Assembly: GCA_001949185.1 (NCBI GenBank)
Contig: BDGG01000002.1
Coordinates: forward strand, 8,050,448 to 8,114,447
Length of the DNA: 64,000 nt
Source of the DNA: Ramazzottius varieornatus
Lineage: Eukaryota > Animalia > Tardigrada
Direction of reading: 5' to 3'
The notes beneath the pieces were generated by a model. That model ran no database searches, was not told the origin of the DNA, and saw only the letters and a list, made by a program, of their open reading frames with translations. Positions 52,806 to 64,000 of this stretch are shown in pieces. Position 1 is the stretch's first letter; every line of letters begins with the position of its first letter. The position numbers were made by a program, and so were the translations under genes.

Positions 52806-53794
52806 ATGAGTGGGAAGTACTGTTCGTATCCTGCCGGCCGGTGCGCCACTTCACGTGGACCGCAGATGCCGGCATACCGAATGAACGGCCTGCAAGAGTT
52901 GCCTCGTAGAGTGGGCGGCGATGGTTTCCCTGTTTATCGCACTGCCGGAGCCAAAGCCTATCAGCCCAAATATGTCCAGTTTAACGAGCCCAAGACTTGT
53001 GCGGGTATCAAAGCGAGTCCTTCGCCCATCCTACAACCCGTTAACAGTCGCCAATATGTCTCTGAAGGCACTTTGGCTCCTGCTTACTTTCCTCCCACGG
53101 CACTTCCGGTTGACGTCTCTTCCTATCACCCGCCCGTACAACCCTACAAAGCACCCTCGCCACAGATGTAAGTTCGCTTTCACCTCGAGAAGCTGTTGTT
53201 GGACCTGAAGTATCAAGAGTAAAACATGAATATGTGCTCTCCTTCTACAGTAACTTATCTGTGAACTGAATATTCATGATCTGGAGCTGCTTCATACTTT
53301 GACTCTTACTACGATTTTAAGAAAGATATCTATATTAATCATGCCTTTCTATAAATTAGGGAAGTGTGTGTCTTTCCAACGATTTGAATCAAGCCTTGTT
53401 TTACAGGAGCCGAAGTAACCTGCCGACCAAGCCGGTAGAGCCTCCGTATAACCGCATTTACGGAGTGCCACCTCCGCCACCACAAGTCTACCAACGACCC
53501 ATTGTTGATCACGGCAACAAGCCTTGGTCTGTCCATCCGCCTGACCCTTCACTGATGCGTGAACGCCTGCAAAGATATCGGCACGACCACAAGATATCGG
53601 GCTATGGCGGCTTCTTCCCTGGTAAAGTTTATGACGGTTTATACAAGTGGGTGGGATATGTGGGGGATTGTTAATGATTTTGTCTGTGTTTAGGGACGCA
53701 CGAAATGCTGGGGGGATCGGTGTATCGACTAGTAACGGATTGGGAGGAAAAAGAACACAAGGGATTTTACAGAGATAATCGTTTCACCAAATAA
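52806..53794 (+). CDS. Small Pro/Tyr-rich protein with ISGYGGFFPG motif, FAM166/CIMIP-like ciliary microtubule inner protein candidate; exons 52806-53167, 53407-53621, 53694-53794
   Basis: In-frame GT-AG introns; GYGGFxPG resembles the repeat motif of the DUF2475/FAM166 family. An upstream exon is possible. Confidence 0.55.
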
Positions 53795-55019
53795 TGGGGT
53801 CAGAGTTTTGGTATTCTGTTGCTGTTCGTTTCAGTAGCTTGTCCGAATCCAACTACAAGACCGAAGAAATTGTGTAGAAATTTCTCTCAGGTTAATTATT
53901 CCACAGTAGGATCATGGCTCTTCTTCTGGACGTCTTGAGGCGATGCAGTCTTTGGAACGTGGGAACGATGGAAATCCATCGATAGTCGATCGTCCATCTT
54001 GACGTCCTGTCCCCTGAGCCCACTCGACCAACGACTCCTCTCCTCGACTGCTATAACTGGAATCAGAAAACGCTAGGCGAACACATCCAGAGAGATTTAG
54101 ACAGAAGAGGTGTCGATGGATGAGATAGACAATCTACCACACCGTAATCAGCTTAGTCCGAAGATCCAACGTTCGCTTCTCGTCTACAGTTCTACGTTAT
54201 TTCGCTTCAAAGCAACCTCACCGCATTCGATCCCGCTGCATTTTCGTCTCGTCTGCCCACAATTTTTGAAGGCTGGAGGCTCGTACTGCTGCTGATACCT
54301 AGAACGCAGCAAGATATTCGGGAAAGCAGCTCAGACAGAAACTCCAGAGAAACTCGATGGCTAAAAGAGTGAAAGTTGGACCGCATCCTGCGAATACGCA
54401 AACAGCGATGACGTCAATGGCGTCGTCCATCCGCAAGGAAATTTTCCTGTCGACGCCTGGCGTCATCAACTGCTCACGAAACTAGCCCAGCCTCGCCCCG
54501 CCCCCTAATCGCCGATGGACCGGAATTCCAGAATCCAGACGGAAGTGATGCCTGCTTGTCCCTGAATCCGACAATACACTAACATCAGAATTCCGGTACC
54601 GGAAAAATTATGGACTTAATCGTTCTTGCATTGGTTTCTCCATGCCAATGTCATGAAAGATGCTAAGTGGTGAAAATAAACCAACGTGCCTGTCGAGATG
54701 CCCAACAACCCGCCCTAAGAAGAGCTTCTGGCCGGAAACAAGGAAATATAAGGAAAGAAACTAGCGCCATCCATCAAATGAAATGCGAACAGAATCTGAT
54801 GTCAGATAGAGGAGAAGGAGAGACGATCAACAACACGCGCAACTACTGTCCTTTTTTTTCTTTCTAGTGGGTTTGTCATAAGGTGTTGAAAGAGGATTGT
54901 AGGACGAGACTGGGGGAGCCCTGGCCGGTGGTTTATCCAGATCTTTGTCTGCAAGGAAATATTTACTAATGTTAATTTGTAGTGGAAACCGCATTGAAAC
55001 ATCCAGGTCGTAAAGCAGA

Positions 55020-58000
55020 TCAGATCATACGAGTACCTTTAGTGACCGGCATGGGATCTATCGTCGGGTCTGTTGCACCCGGAAGTGAAGCTCGAGCTAC
55101 CTCCACTTTACTCTTTCGAGCTGCGGCGGCGGTGGCGGTTCTTCTTCCCGCTTTTGGTTTAGGAACCGCCGGAGCTTTTTCCGGCTGAACGTTGGAGGAG
55201 TCCGTGGTTTGGCACACGGCGGCTTTTGGAGGACGAGGCGCCACCACAGCAACAGGAGTACCCACCAAGATTCGATGTGCATGTTCAGGTTTGGCTGTGT
55301 CGTCTTCCGCTGTTGTTCCGTCTGGAGGCTTGCCCAAGACACTCTCAGATTTCTTCGTTTTGGAGAAATCATAGCTTTTGCCAATCCAGTCAAACTGACC
55401 ATCGTCTGTCCACTTGTTGGTGGCGAGGATGTGCGAGAAGAAGTTCCGTAGTCGCTCGTACTTGGGTTCTGCGTAGAACTGTATGGAACGAACGTACTTC
55501 ATGTACTCTTGAATTTCCGTGGGACATTCTTCGCACAGTTCTTCGATCGTCATGTTTTTCTTCTTCAAACCCACAGCTTTAACCTTCTTGGCCCGATCTT
55601 TGATTCCGGATCCCTGCCAGGGCAGGCGACCCCGAATAAAGTAAATGATAAGGTAGCCAATCGACTCCAGGTCATCACGATAAGACAACGACCGCGCTTC
55701 GTGAGAGCGGACACTCATGTACCTGGAAGATTTAGTTATTTGAAAACCAAGATTAAGTTTTTTTATTGTTTAGCCGGGTGAAGAAACTTTTTTCAAAAGT
55801 TCGCAAAGGCGAATACAACATACCGCATCGTACCGACTGGGTGGGTCTTCAGGTTCTCATCATAGCAGTATTTGCCAGTATCTTTGTCCTTGAACTGTTG
55901 TGCCAGACCAAAGTCGATCAGGAAGACGGTACTATCCTGGTGTTCTTCGGGTAATCCCACCAGAAAATTCTCCGGTTTGATATCGGAGTAAACGAAGCCT
56001 TTGCTATGGACGTACTCAATTCGTTCCAAAATTTGCAGTGCTACCAAGCAAACGGTCTTTAGTGACCATTGCCTGTCCATCGCCCGGAAGTAGTCTTCTA
56101 GAGAAGGGCCCAGCAAATCCATGACTAATGCGTTGCTGTTTTTTGGACCCACACCAAAGTAGTAGCATTTTGGGAAGCCATTGTGATTGCCAAGTATTTG
56201 GTAGATTTTATATTCGTCTGCCAGAGACTCGTTGCCATCGTTCGTTCGTTCTAGCTTGATAGCATACTTCTTCCCGGTGGTTATATGCTTTCCTCTGCGA
56301 GCTTCCCCAAACCCACCCTTGCCCAGCACATCTTCCAGTATGAAGAAATTACCCACGGCTTTGCCATACAGTTCGTCCGCCAAGCGTGCTGCTTCAGACT
56401 CGGTCGGCTCCATGTTCTTCGCAGCCTCATTAGCCACTCCTCGAGAGTCATCCTGTGTGGTATCTCTTGGCTTTTTCTTCTTTTTCCTCTTCTTACCGGC
56501 TGCATTGTCGTCCTCAGCATTCATCTGCCCCGAATCTTCATCTCTTTTCTTCTTCTTTTTCTTTTTACCCTTTTTCTGTGCGCTGTCGTGGTCGTCTTCT
56601 TCATCCTCATTGTTTTCCGCTGTTACTAGTGGCGCCATATCAGCTTCGGGTTCATCCTTCTCGACGCGCTGCTCGACCGCCTCAACGGAAGGCAACGTCA
56701 GCGCTTCAGACTTGAGCAGGGACTTCTCGGGGGATTTGTCCTTCTTGATCTCCGAGCGCGATTTATGGCGTCTGGTCTTTTTGTCTTTCTTGTGTTTGTG
56801 GCTCTTATGGCCGGAAACCGTGGAGTCTTCTGCAGTTACTGCATTTGTTTCATCATGAGACTTCGTTTCTTCGTCAATTAGTTCTTCTGCCGAGCCGGAA
56901 GGTTGAGCAGTAGGCAACAGAAGGGCCTCGTCAGACGTCTCCGACGTGGACCTTTTCAATGTGGATGGATCGGACGGTGTAACTTTATTCTTCCGCGTCA
57001 GGCCCATCAGTAGAGCCGTCTGTGGGACCTTCCTATGGACAGTGGGTGGGCGTTTTTGAGTTGGCCCTAGTTCCGGCGGTGGCTCCGGTCGCTGAAAGAC
57101 GGCTGCGTCCGATGGACTAAGAATCAACGGAGGTCTTGGTGGTTTGAGTGGTTCGTGCTCAGTCTTTTCGGCACTTCCGGCCCGATGCAAGCCACCTTCA
57201 CTCGTCCCGTCTTTGGTTTTCTTCCGATGTTTCTCCTTTTCATGCTTCTTTACCTTTCGCTCGGCTTGTTCTGTTTCCTCGGCCTCTTCGAAAGGGTTGT
57301 CGGGTGGGAATACTGCGGAGGATTTGGTCGGAAGTTCGGTCAGCTCGACAAGGACTGCGGTAGGGCCTGCCATCTGACCCGGACGAAACCTCTGACGATT
57401 GGTGGTCCGCGCTTTGTCTGTTATCTCCTCTTCCTGTGGCTCCTCAATGACAGGTACATGCGACTTGAGAGGGATATGTTCGGCATTAACCACATTTTCA
57501 TTTGGGGAATTGGATGCACGAGTTTTGGCCTTCGATTTCCGACGAGGCTTATCTACGCGGCGTCCGACTTCGTTGCTTTCTGCCTCGTCTTGCTCATTCG
57601 GAGTGGCTGTAGCTTTCTTCTCCTTGCCCGCTGTCAGATTAGCTACGTCAACCTTAACCAGTGGCAAAAGTATGGTTTCTGTGGTCGCCGCAGACGTGCC
57701 TGTAACACACATCCAGGGAACACCATGTGAATATCTCACTGGTATTGGATCGTAACAGTGAGACTTTATTACGACGCCAGCAAACCATTCTTACTCTATT
57801 TTGTTCGAATATTTCTCTGAGTGCGTGTCGGGTGAAGACGGCGCACAGTATTTATGAGCGTAGACTGAAGCCACAACGTACCTGGTGGAGAATGACTTAG
57901 TATTCCGTTATCTACCACAGGCGAACCACCAGTCGTTCCTCTTGCTTCTGCTTCGTCTTTCCTGTTCTTGGCTGTTTTTGGCCGGGCCTTCAAACTATGC

Positions 58001-58404
58001 CGTCGTCTAGCCTTTCCCACAGCGTTATCAGGTGTCGAAGATGGCAATATGTTCTCGTCTTCCGGCGCCGAATTAAGCATACGGTCGAGCGGTGCTTCCT
58101 CATCGCTCACACCGGTCTTGGCTTTGTCCTTCTTTCTTTTAACATGCTTGACGTGATGTGACTGCTGGTCCTTCGTACATCCCTCTACCGCTCCATTGCT
58201 ACCGCGTTGCACAGTTTGGTCGTTTTTGACCACAGGGACTTCCTCAATACGCTGAGTAATGGACTGGGGTAATTTAGACGGATTGCCTTTATCGCTTGGG
58301 CGTGACTTGGAACGCCGAGAAGAACGAGGACGTGAGGCTGATCCTACGGTTTCACGCTGTACTTTTGATGTCTCATCCGATTGATCCTCAACGGGATCTC
58401 GCAT
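55020..58404 (-). CDS. Casein kinase 1 family kinase with long charged low-complexity N-terminal extension
   Basis: LGKGGFGE, YAIKLE, LVMDLLGPSLEDYF, SLKTV, YSDIKPENFL, LIDFGLA, GTMR/YMSVRSH, SYRDDLESIGY, LPWQG. The acceptor of the first intron is uncertain. Confidence 0.88.
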
Positions 58405-59106
58405 TCTTCACGACTGAGAACAACATTGCTCTGTAGCATAAACAACCTCTCGATGCCGATAAGTGATCATTCATTCGTGCGAAAATTTCTAAGAGTAAGA
58501 AATCATCCTCGCAGTTGATTACGGCGTGGATTTGAATGTTCTGGTTATGATCAAATCATCATTTGTTTACATCCATGTGATGATCTTCTTGTATATACAG
58601 AAGTTCAACCGTAACAAGCGTGTTCACACGGCAACAAGAGAAGTTGACTTCTCGACGGCAGGAAATGCCTCTTTGAAGCCATAGACTGGACAAGTGTAGC
58701 TACCACACGCTGGAAAGGATTGAAGAAGATTGAGTACGCACCTTATACCGTGTGGGCAGACTAGCGATTATAATTGTATGACTTTGACGGGCCAAACTCA
58801 GATTGCCAGGGTTTTTCTGGAGAATAATCCAGCTCCGTGCAACCTATCGCACCATTCTAGTCGGCTCTTGAAGTGGCGTTTTCTTTATTGGTTGGCGATA
58901 TTACGTGCATGTAAATTTTTCATTGCTAAAAAAGCTGTTAAGTAACAGAAAAAGGTTCGCATCAAGCGGAAGTGTCGACGACCAGCGTCTTTATCCAGAA
59001 ATTTTCGGCAACAATTAACTATTTCTGAGGGTTGATCCAACTGCAGTACCAATCTAAACTAGGCGGCGGCTAACGAGGCAGTCATGCACTGAAGGAGATA
59101 TTAACG

Positions 59107-61066
59107 TTAGCCTGAGGTCTGCTGGCCCGTAAAGACCGGATAGATGGGGTAAGGAATGTAGACCAGTGGCGCCACCACGGTGCCGGAAGTAGAAGTACCT
59201 ATACATGCTCCGAAGCCACTACACAGAGGTTTGTTGCCAGCCAGCGGAAATACGGGACCTGTGCCCGTCACCGTGACACCGCCCAAGAGCTGGAACAGAA
59301 AAGATGAAGTTAGACGTAGCAATAGAGAGTCGTTGAGAGGTAGGCAAGATTGAAAGAACAGGAACATCACTAAATCTTACTGTTCCTTGTTGATTGACGA
59401 AAACGAGTGTGTTCCCTATGAAGTAACCTGTGGCCTTGAGGCTGGGAACATACGAACAGGCAGTGGCGTTGACGAAGGGGGAAGAGCGTAGCAAGAGAGG
59501 CAGCTGGACTGTCACAGACGTCGTGCCGGTCAGGAGAACTATCTGAGCGTCGTTAGTAGTTGCGGCTGGATTGGTATTGGTTGGGCCTGTGAACGTTAAT
59601 GGCAGGCTGCTAACTAAAGTTGCAGTGGTAAGGACAGGATTGGAAGTAGCATCTGTAAGGAACATGGTAGAATAAACAAGACTGCACTTTTATGCGGGTG
59701 AAACGTCAGCCACAAAGCATTGTCCGTTTCATTGGTCAAGTACATACCAATGTATGTGACGAGAAATCCACCGAAGCTGAAGGAACAAGCCAGATAAGGC
59801 ACTCCGGGCACGCCAAAGTCTGTGACGATTCGCGGTGCGCTTGTTGTACATGCAGGGGTACCACCGGAGTAGTCAACAATGACGAAGGTGTCGGCAAACT
59901 GTAAAGAGCAAAACTTCATGGCTGCTTCCTGGTGACACCGTGACTGCGTATCATTGTACTCACGGTAAAGAAGATGACAGTACCGTCTCCCAGGGTCTCC
60001 GCTTCAGCTACACCGGAAGTCAAACAACCTCCCGTAAAGGCCATCAGGGAGAAGGGACCGGAGACAGGGGTGGCGCTAGTAAGGCCGCCGATGTTGAAGC
60101 CAAAGACCGCATCCTGATCGGTGATAACATAGCATGTCCTGTTGGCCAGGCAGAAGAATGCGTTGATGGTTGAGCTATCTGTCAGGGTAGCCGTCGTCGC
60201 AGTAGTTGCCGACTGTAAACAGAAGTAAGGGCCCATATGAAAAGCGCGGATCGCCCAAGACCCAAGAGATAAGACTTACAAAGACACAACAGGTGGTTTC
60301 GAACAAGGCCGGAGCAATGTTGAGGCAGTCGAAAGTGGGCATCTTGGTGTAGCCTTCAGGGCAGCGACCCGAGGGGATGGGTCTGCGAGCATAGTAGTTT
60401 AAGTCGTAGGTTTCAATCAACGGTAGATCGGGATAGTTGCAGTAATTCAGCGAACTGCCTGCACAGCTGACAGGGGGATTGTTGGGTACAGTGAAGGAGA
60501 AAGCTGTGCAACAAAAAGGTTGACATGACAAGACTGGTAGGGATATGATCCAGGCGAGCGTGACGTCTGGAACGGTGTCAGCGTTGGGGCAAGCGCCGTA
60601 CCCCCGCCTCAGGGTCTTGTGAACAATCAGCTTGACTTCTTGATTTGTCGCCACAAGTTCCTCACGGAGTGGCACAGCTCTTGCCCCAACGCTTACACTG
60701 TACCAGGCGCCATGCTCCCCTAGATATGGCTGCATGGTTGGAACGATTAACGCAAAAGACTACATTATGAACTCGAGCCAATGCTCAGACTTCGTTTGGC
60801 GCAAAATCTCAGGCCTTACTGAAATTGGAGACTCCATTGATAGAGACGAGACCACCGAGACTAACACTGAGAGAAAAACCGGGACCATTGGTGGGAGCCT
60901 GGCGACCTTCTCGGTCTCCTGACGATTTCTCTTCCACTGATTCGGGAGCTTCCACTGCGTGTTCCCTCAAGTAGGCAAAGAAAGATGTGGTATCCGAAGC
61001 GTAGACGGTCCTTACGGCTACACTGACCAGCAGCAGCAGGAGGGTATTCCTTAGGTGACCAGCCAT
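59107..61066 (-). CDS. Putative secreted Cys/Thr/Pro-rich protein, multi-exon, unknown family
   Basis: Signal peptide MAGHLRNTLLLLLVSVAVRTVYA; consecutive minus-strand ORFs separated by short GT-AG introns; CC-containing segments; ends PLVYIPYPIYPVFTGQQTSG*. Confidence 0.6.
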
Positions 61067-62374
61067 CTCATGAGGTGGAGAACAGTAACGGGCTCTCCAC
61101 ACCGTTGGTAACACAGCCGCTGATGCAAAAAAGACCAGTAAAGGTGTCACGCGGATAGCTGGTAGGAAAGATCAACCACTATCAGTGCCAAACGCTCAAA
61201 TGAAGAAGCCAGCCGAAGACGGAAAGAGGTTGAGTGGTCATTCGGCAGAAAATGGCCGGCGGAGAACTCAGCCAACGTTTTCAGCGGCGACTAATTATGA
61301 CAACCACTGCTGATACGGCCCATCTTTAACAGTAAGCGCTCATCATCCTCCATCCGCCATCTCATCATTCTTCAACTTCGCATGGAATGCCCGCAGCGAG
61401 GTTGGCGAATTAGATGGAGATGTCAAGCCTCGCTGCTTAATCTCGCTCATCTATCTCCTATTCTTTACTTCATAATGCTTCATATGGCGCTGTCGAGTCT
61501 GCAACTTGTACGGAAGGTTCATTCGCCGTTTATTGACTGCAATTTTCATGACGCCTAACTAACCTCATTCCTTTGACAATCATGATTACCCAATAGTTTC
61601 TCCATGATGTGCATTGGCGTAGCTGGTAGCGTAATTTATTTAGGTTGCATCTTGGTTCTGATCGTAACAGTTACTTCCTCAAAGGACGGCAAAAGTCTAG
61701 TTTCGCGCATGCTGCTGTGCATTCAGTTAGTTCCTGATGATAGTCACGGAAGTGTTCCCCTCGATCAACCGGTTCAACGGACCAGTAGGCTGTAATTTCG
61801 AAGGAGCTTAAAGTAAGCAGTACCACGGATACAAAGGGCCCATCCATTCTTCCGGCAGAAGAGTAAATTATTTTGTTGTAAACAACCATCAAACCTCACT
61901 GCGTGTATGAGTTAGCACATCGAGCTAAATACAAGTTAAGTCATCGAGCAGCGGGTATAAAATGGAATACTCTGCCAGCGTTAGGACTTCGGGGTACCGA
62001 CACAGGAAACAGCTATGTTCCTACGGCGCGTGGCGATGGATAACAATCAAGCTATGAAAGAATATCTGACCAGCTTCTTAGTTGAATCTTATACTGTCTA
62101 TCGTATTCGACCGCAAACTACAGTACTTGTTCCAGGTTTCACTTCGTCATCTGCCAGAAATGTCGTCAAGCTCGTTTATATAGCCAAAACCTGGGTTTCG
62201 GAGGATGATACCAAGGAGAACCAGCTCCCATCCGCTCTACACAAGATGGAGTTGATACAATACATTTACACAGTATAAAGAGTCAAACAATAAAAAAGCA
62301 CAATTTTATTAGGTGGAACGTGTGACAGCGTCAACAGTCCTTGCCAGCAAGAACATTCATGTATTAACGAGCAT

Positions 62375-64000
62375 TTACAGAGTGTTGATATTACGACTAA
62401 ATTCATTTAGGGTCAGCTGCACCGGTGCCCCGCTATCGTTGAAACAGCACCATTGTCCCAGTTTACACTGGGGTGACTTGGACACTCGCTGGTTCTTGCA
62501 GCGTGTCCTGAGGTCCTTGGTGGGCAGGCACACACCATTACTGATATCCGGCTTGGAGTTGGGGACGCATTGGGCTGTGTCGCTGACAGCCGCCACGGTG
62601 TTGTCCACCGCTGGCGCCTGTACCTCAATCTTGACCTGCGTGTTGGCTTGGGGTGGTGGCACCACTGCGTTGTCCTCCGAAAAGCAACACCAGCTGCCCA
62701 AATCGCAGTCGCTCGATGGCGAAGCCTTTTGTTCGATGCAACTGATTCTTAATTCGCGAATAGTCATGCAGGCACCATTCTTGATGGCTTGGTTAGAGTT
62801 GGGTGAGCAGGTCTTGGTAGTACCGGAAGTGGCACTGCTGGTGCTGATCACCACTGATGAGCTTCCCTCCTTGTTAGTACTGCTAGCGGAAGAAGCGGAG
62901 GCCGTACTGATGACCACCGATGGACCGTCGCTGGCTGCTGCTGCACTGCTAGCTTCCTTGTTGACCTGCACGCTGACTGATGGAGCGGAAGAAGGTGGTA
63001 GGTCAACGGCGGCTTGGTTACTGCCACCGCCTACCTCATTGTCCGAGTAGCAACAGAAGCGACCGAAAGCGCAGTCAGTGGAAGCTGAGGCTTTTTGATC
63101 GACACACTGTTGGCTCAGTTCGCGCATAGTCAGACATTTACCGTTCTTGACGTTGGGGTTGTCATTCGGCGTGCATTGTGCGCCTTGAGTGATGGATGGT
63201 CCGGCCAGCACGGCATTGCTGCTCTGTCCAGCAGCGTTCGCGCTGCCGTCGATGGTTATCTTGACTTCGACATTGGCTTCCTTGTTGGCCGAAGCGGCGC
63301 CTTGAGCGAAGCAACACCATTGATCGCCACCGCAGTTGTCGGACTTGGCCGCTGGGCGACCCTTACAGTCGTTAGCCAGGCTGGAAGTGGCCAAACAGGT
63401 ACCACGAGCCGCTGGATTGGAGCGCGGTGTACAGGCTGTGCCGACGGGAACGGTGCCAGGTAACGTTGCGGGGTTGATGCAGCACCACTGGTCGGATGAA
63501 CAGTCGGTGGACTTGGATGCCGAACGACCGCTGCATTGAGAGGACAGGCTTGCTGTGGGGAAACACTGGCCGGAAGCGGAAGGGTTGGTTGCTGGGCGAC
63601 AAGTGTTGCCACCAGCGCCTCCTGTGCTCTGAGTAGTGGAGCCAGCGGTGGCTTGGGTAGTGGAGCTACTGGTACTTTGGGTAGAAGAGCCACCGGAGGA
63701 GCCTTGAGTGGAAGAGGCAGGCGGAAGTTGCGTCGTTGTGGTCGATGTCGATCCTTCGCTACTGCAAATATACAGCCTAAATTAGGAAGGAAGATCCAAC
63801 CGGAAGTGACATGATCATCCAAGAGAAACTTCCCCGAGGCGAATAAACAAAGAAATTGTGCCGGAAAATAGAATCTTGAAGCAGTTCAGACAACGGAGCA
63901 AAAAATGAAAATGAAGAACCAACTGCAAATGACTGTGGCAAGCAGAAATCATGAAAGATGAGAATAGCCTTACTTTGGAGGGCTGGAGATGCAGCACCAT
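62375..64000 (-). CDS. 3' part of an extracellular protein with at least 6 six-cysteine repeats (C-x11/12-C-x9-C-x10-C-x5-CC) and Ser/Thr/Ala linkers; partial
   Basis: Last exon 63761-62375 holds five repeats; the upstream exon ends WCCISSPP and splices in frame (phase 2); AATAAA on the minus strand at 62310-62305. Confidence 0.8.

Noticed and set aside
53895-54401. Possible small spliced minus-strand gene ending ...KKSHDPTVE*
   Set aside because: The last exon is plausible but I could not join upstream exons in frame.
1-64000. tRNA, rRNA or other structured ncRNA genes
   Set aside because: None recognised by eye; tRNAscan-SE and Infernal would be needed to exclude them.

Overview
Eukaryotic, gene-dense invertebrate DNA with very short GT-AG introns. 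A compact ecdysozoan such as a tardigrade is my guess, not provable from the window. Genes in order: 3' end of a multi-PDZ gene (MPDZ/PATJ-like, +), UBE2A/RAD6 (-), UBE2W (+), an allatostatin-A/galanin-type GPCR (-), CAPS/CADPS (-), a very large single-pass membrane protein with Trp-marked degenerate repeats (-), a small FAM166/CIMIP-like protein (+), an atypical CK1 kinase (-), and two secreted Cys-containing proteins (-). Two things stand out. (1) About 39 copies of a non-coding palindromic element, CAAGTGGCGCAC-N25-GTGCGCCACTTG, with conserved arms and a variable spacer of near-invariant length. It occurs as monomers or ~72-bp-period dimers/trimers, usually near the middle of the longer introns. 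(2) An ~8.5-kb block (12975-21471) bracketed by 1.14-kb direct repeats of the CAPS 3' end. It carries two intact spliced orphan genes, a 245-bp perfect inverted repeat around an assembly gap, and nested MITEs, and it lacks the palindromic element. All exon boundaries and counts were read by eye and need computational confirmation.
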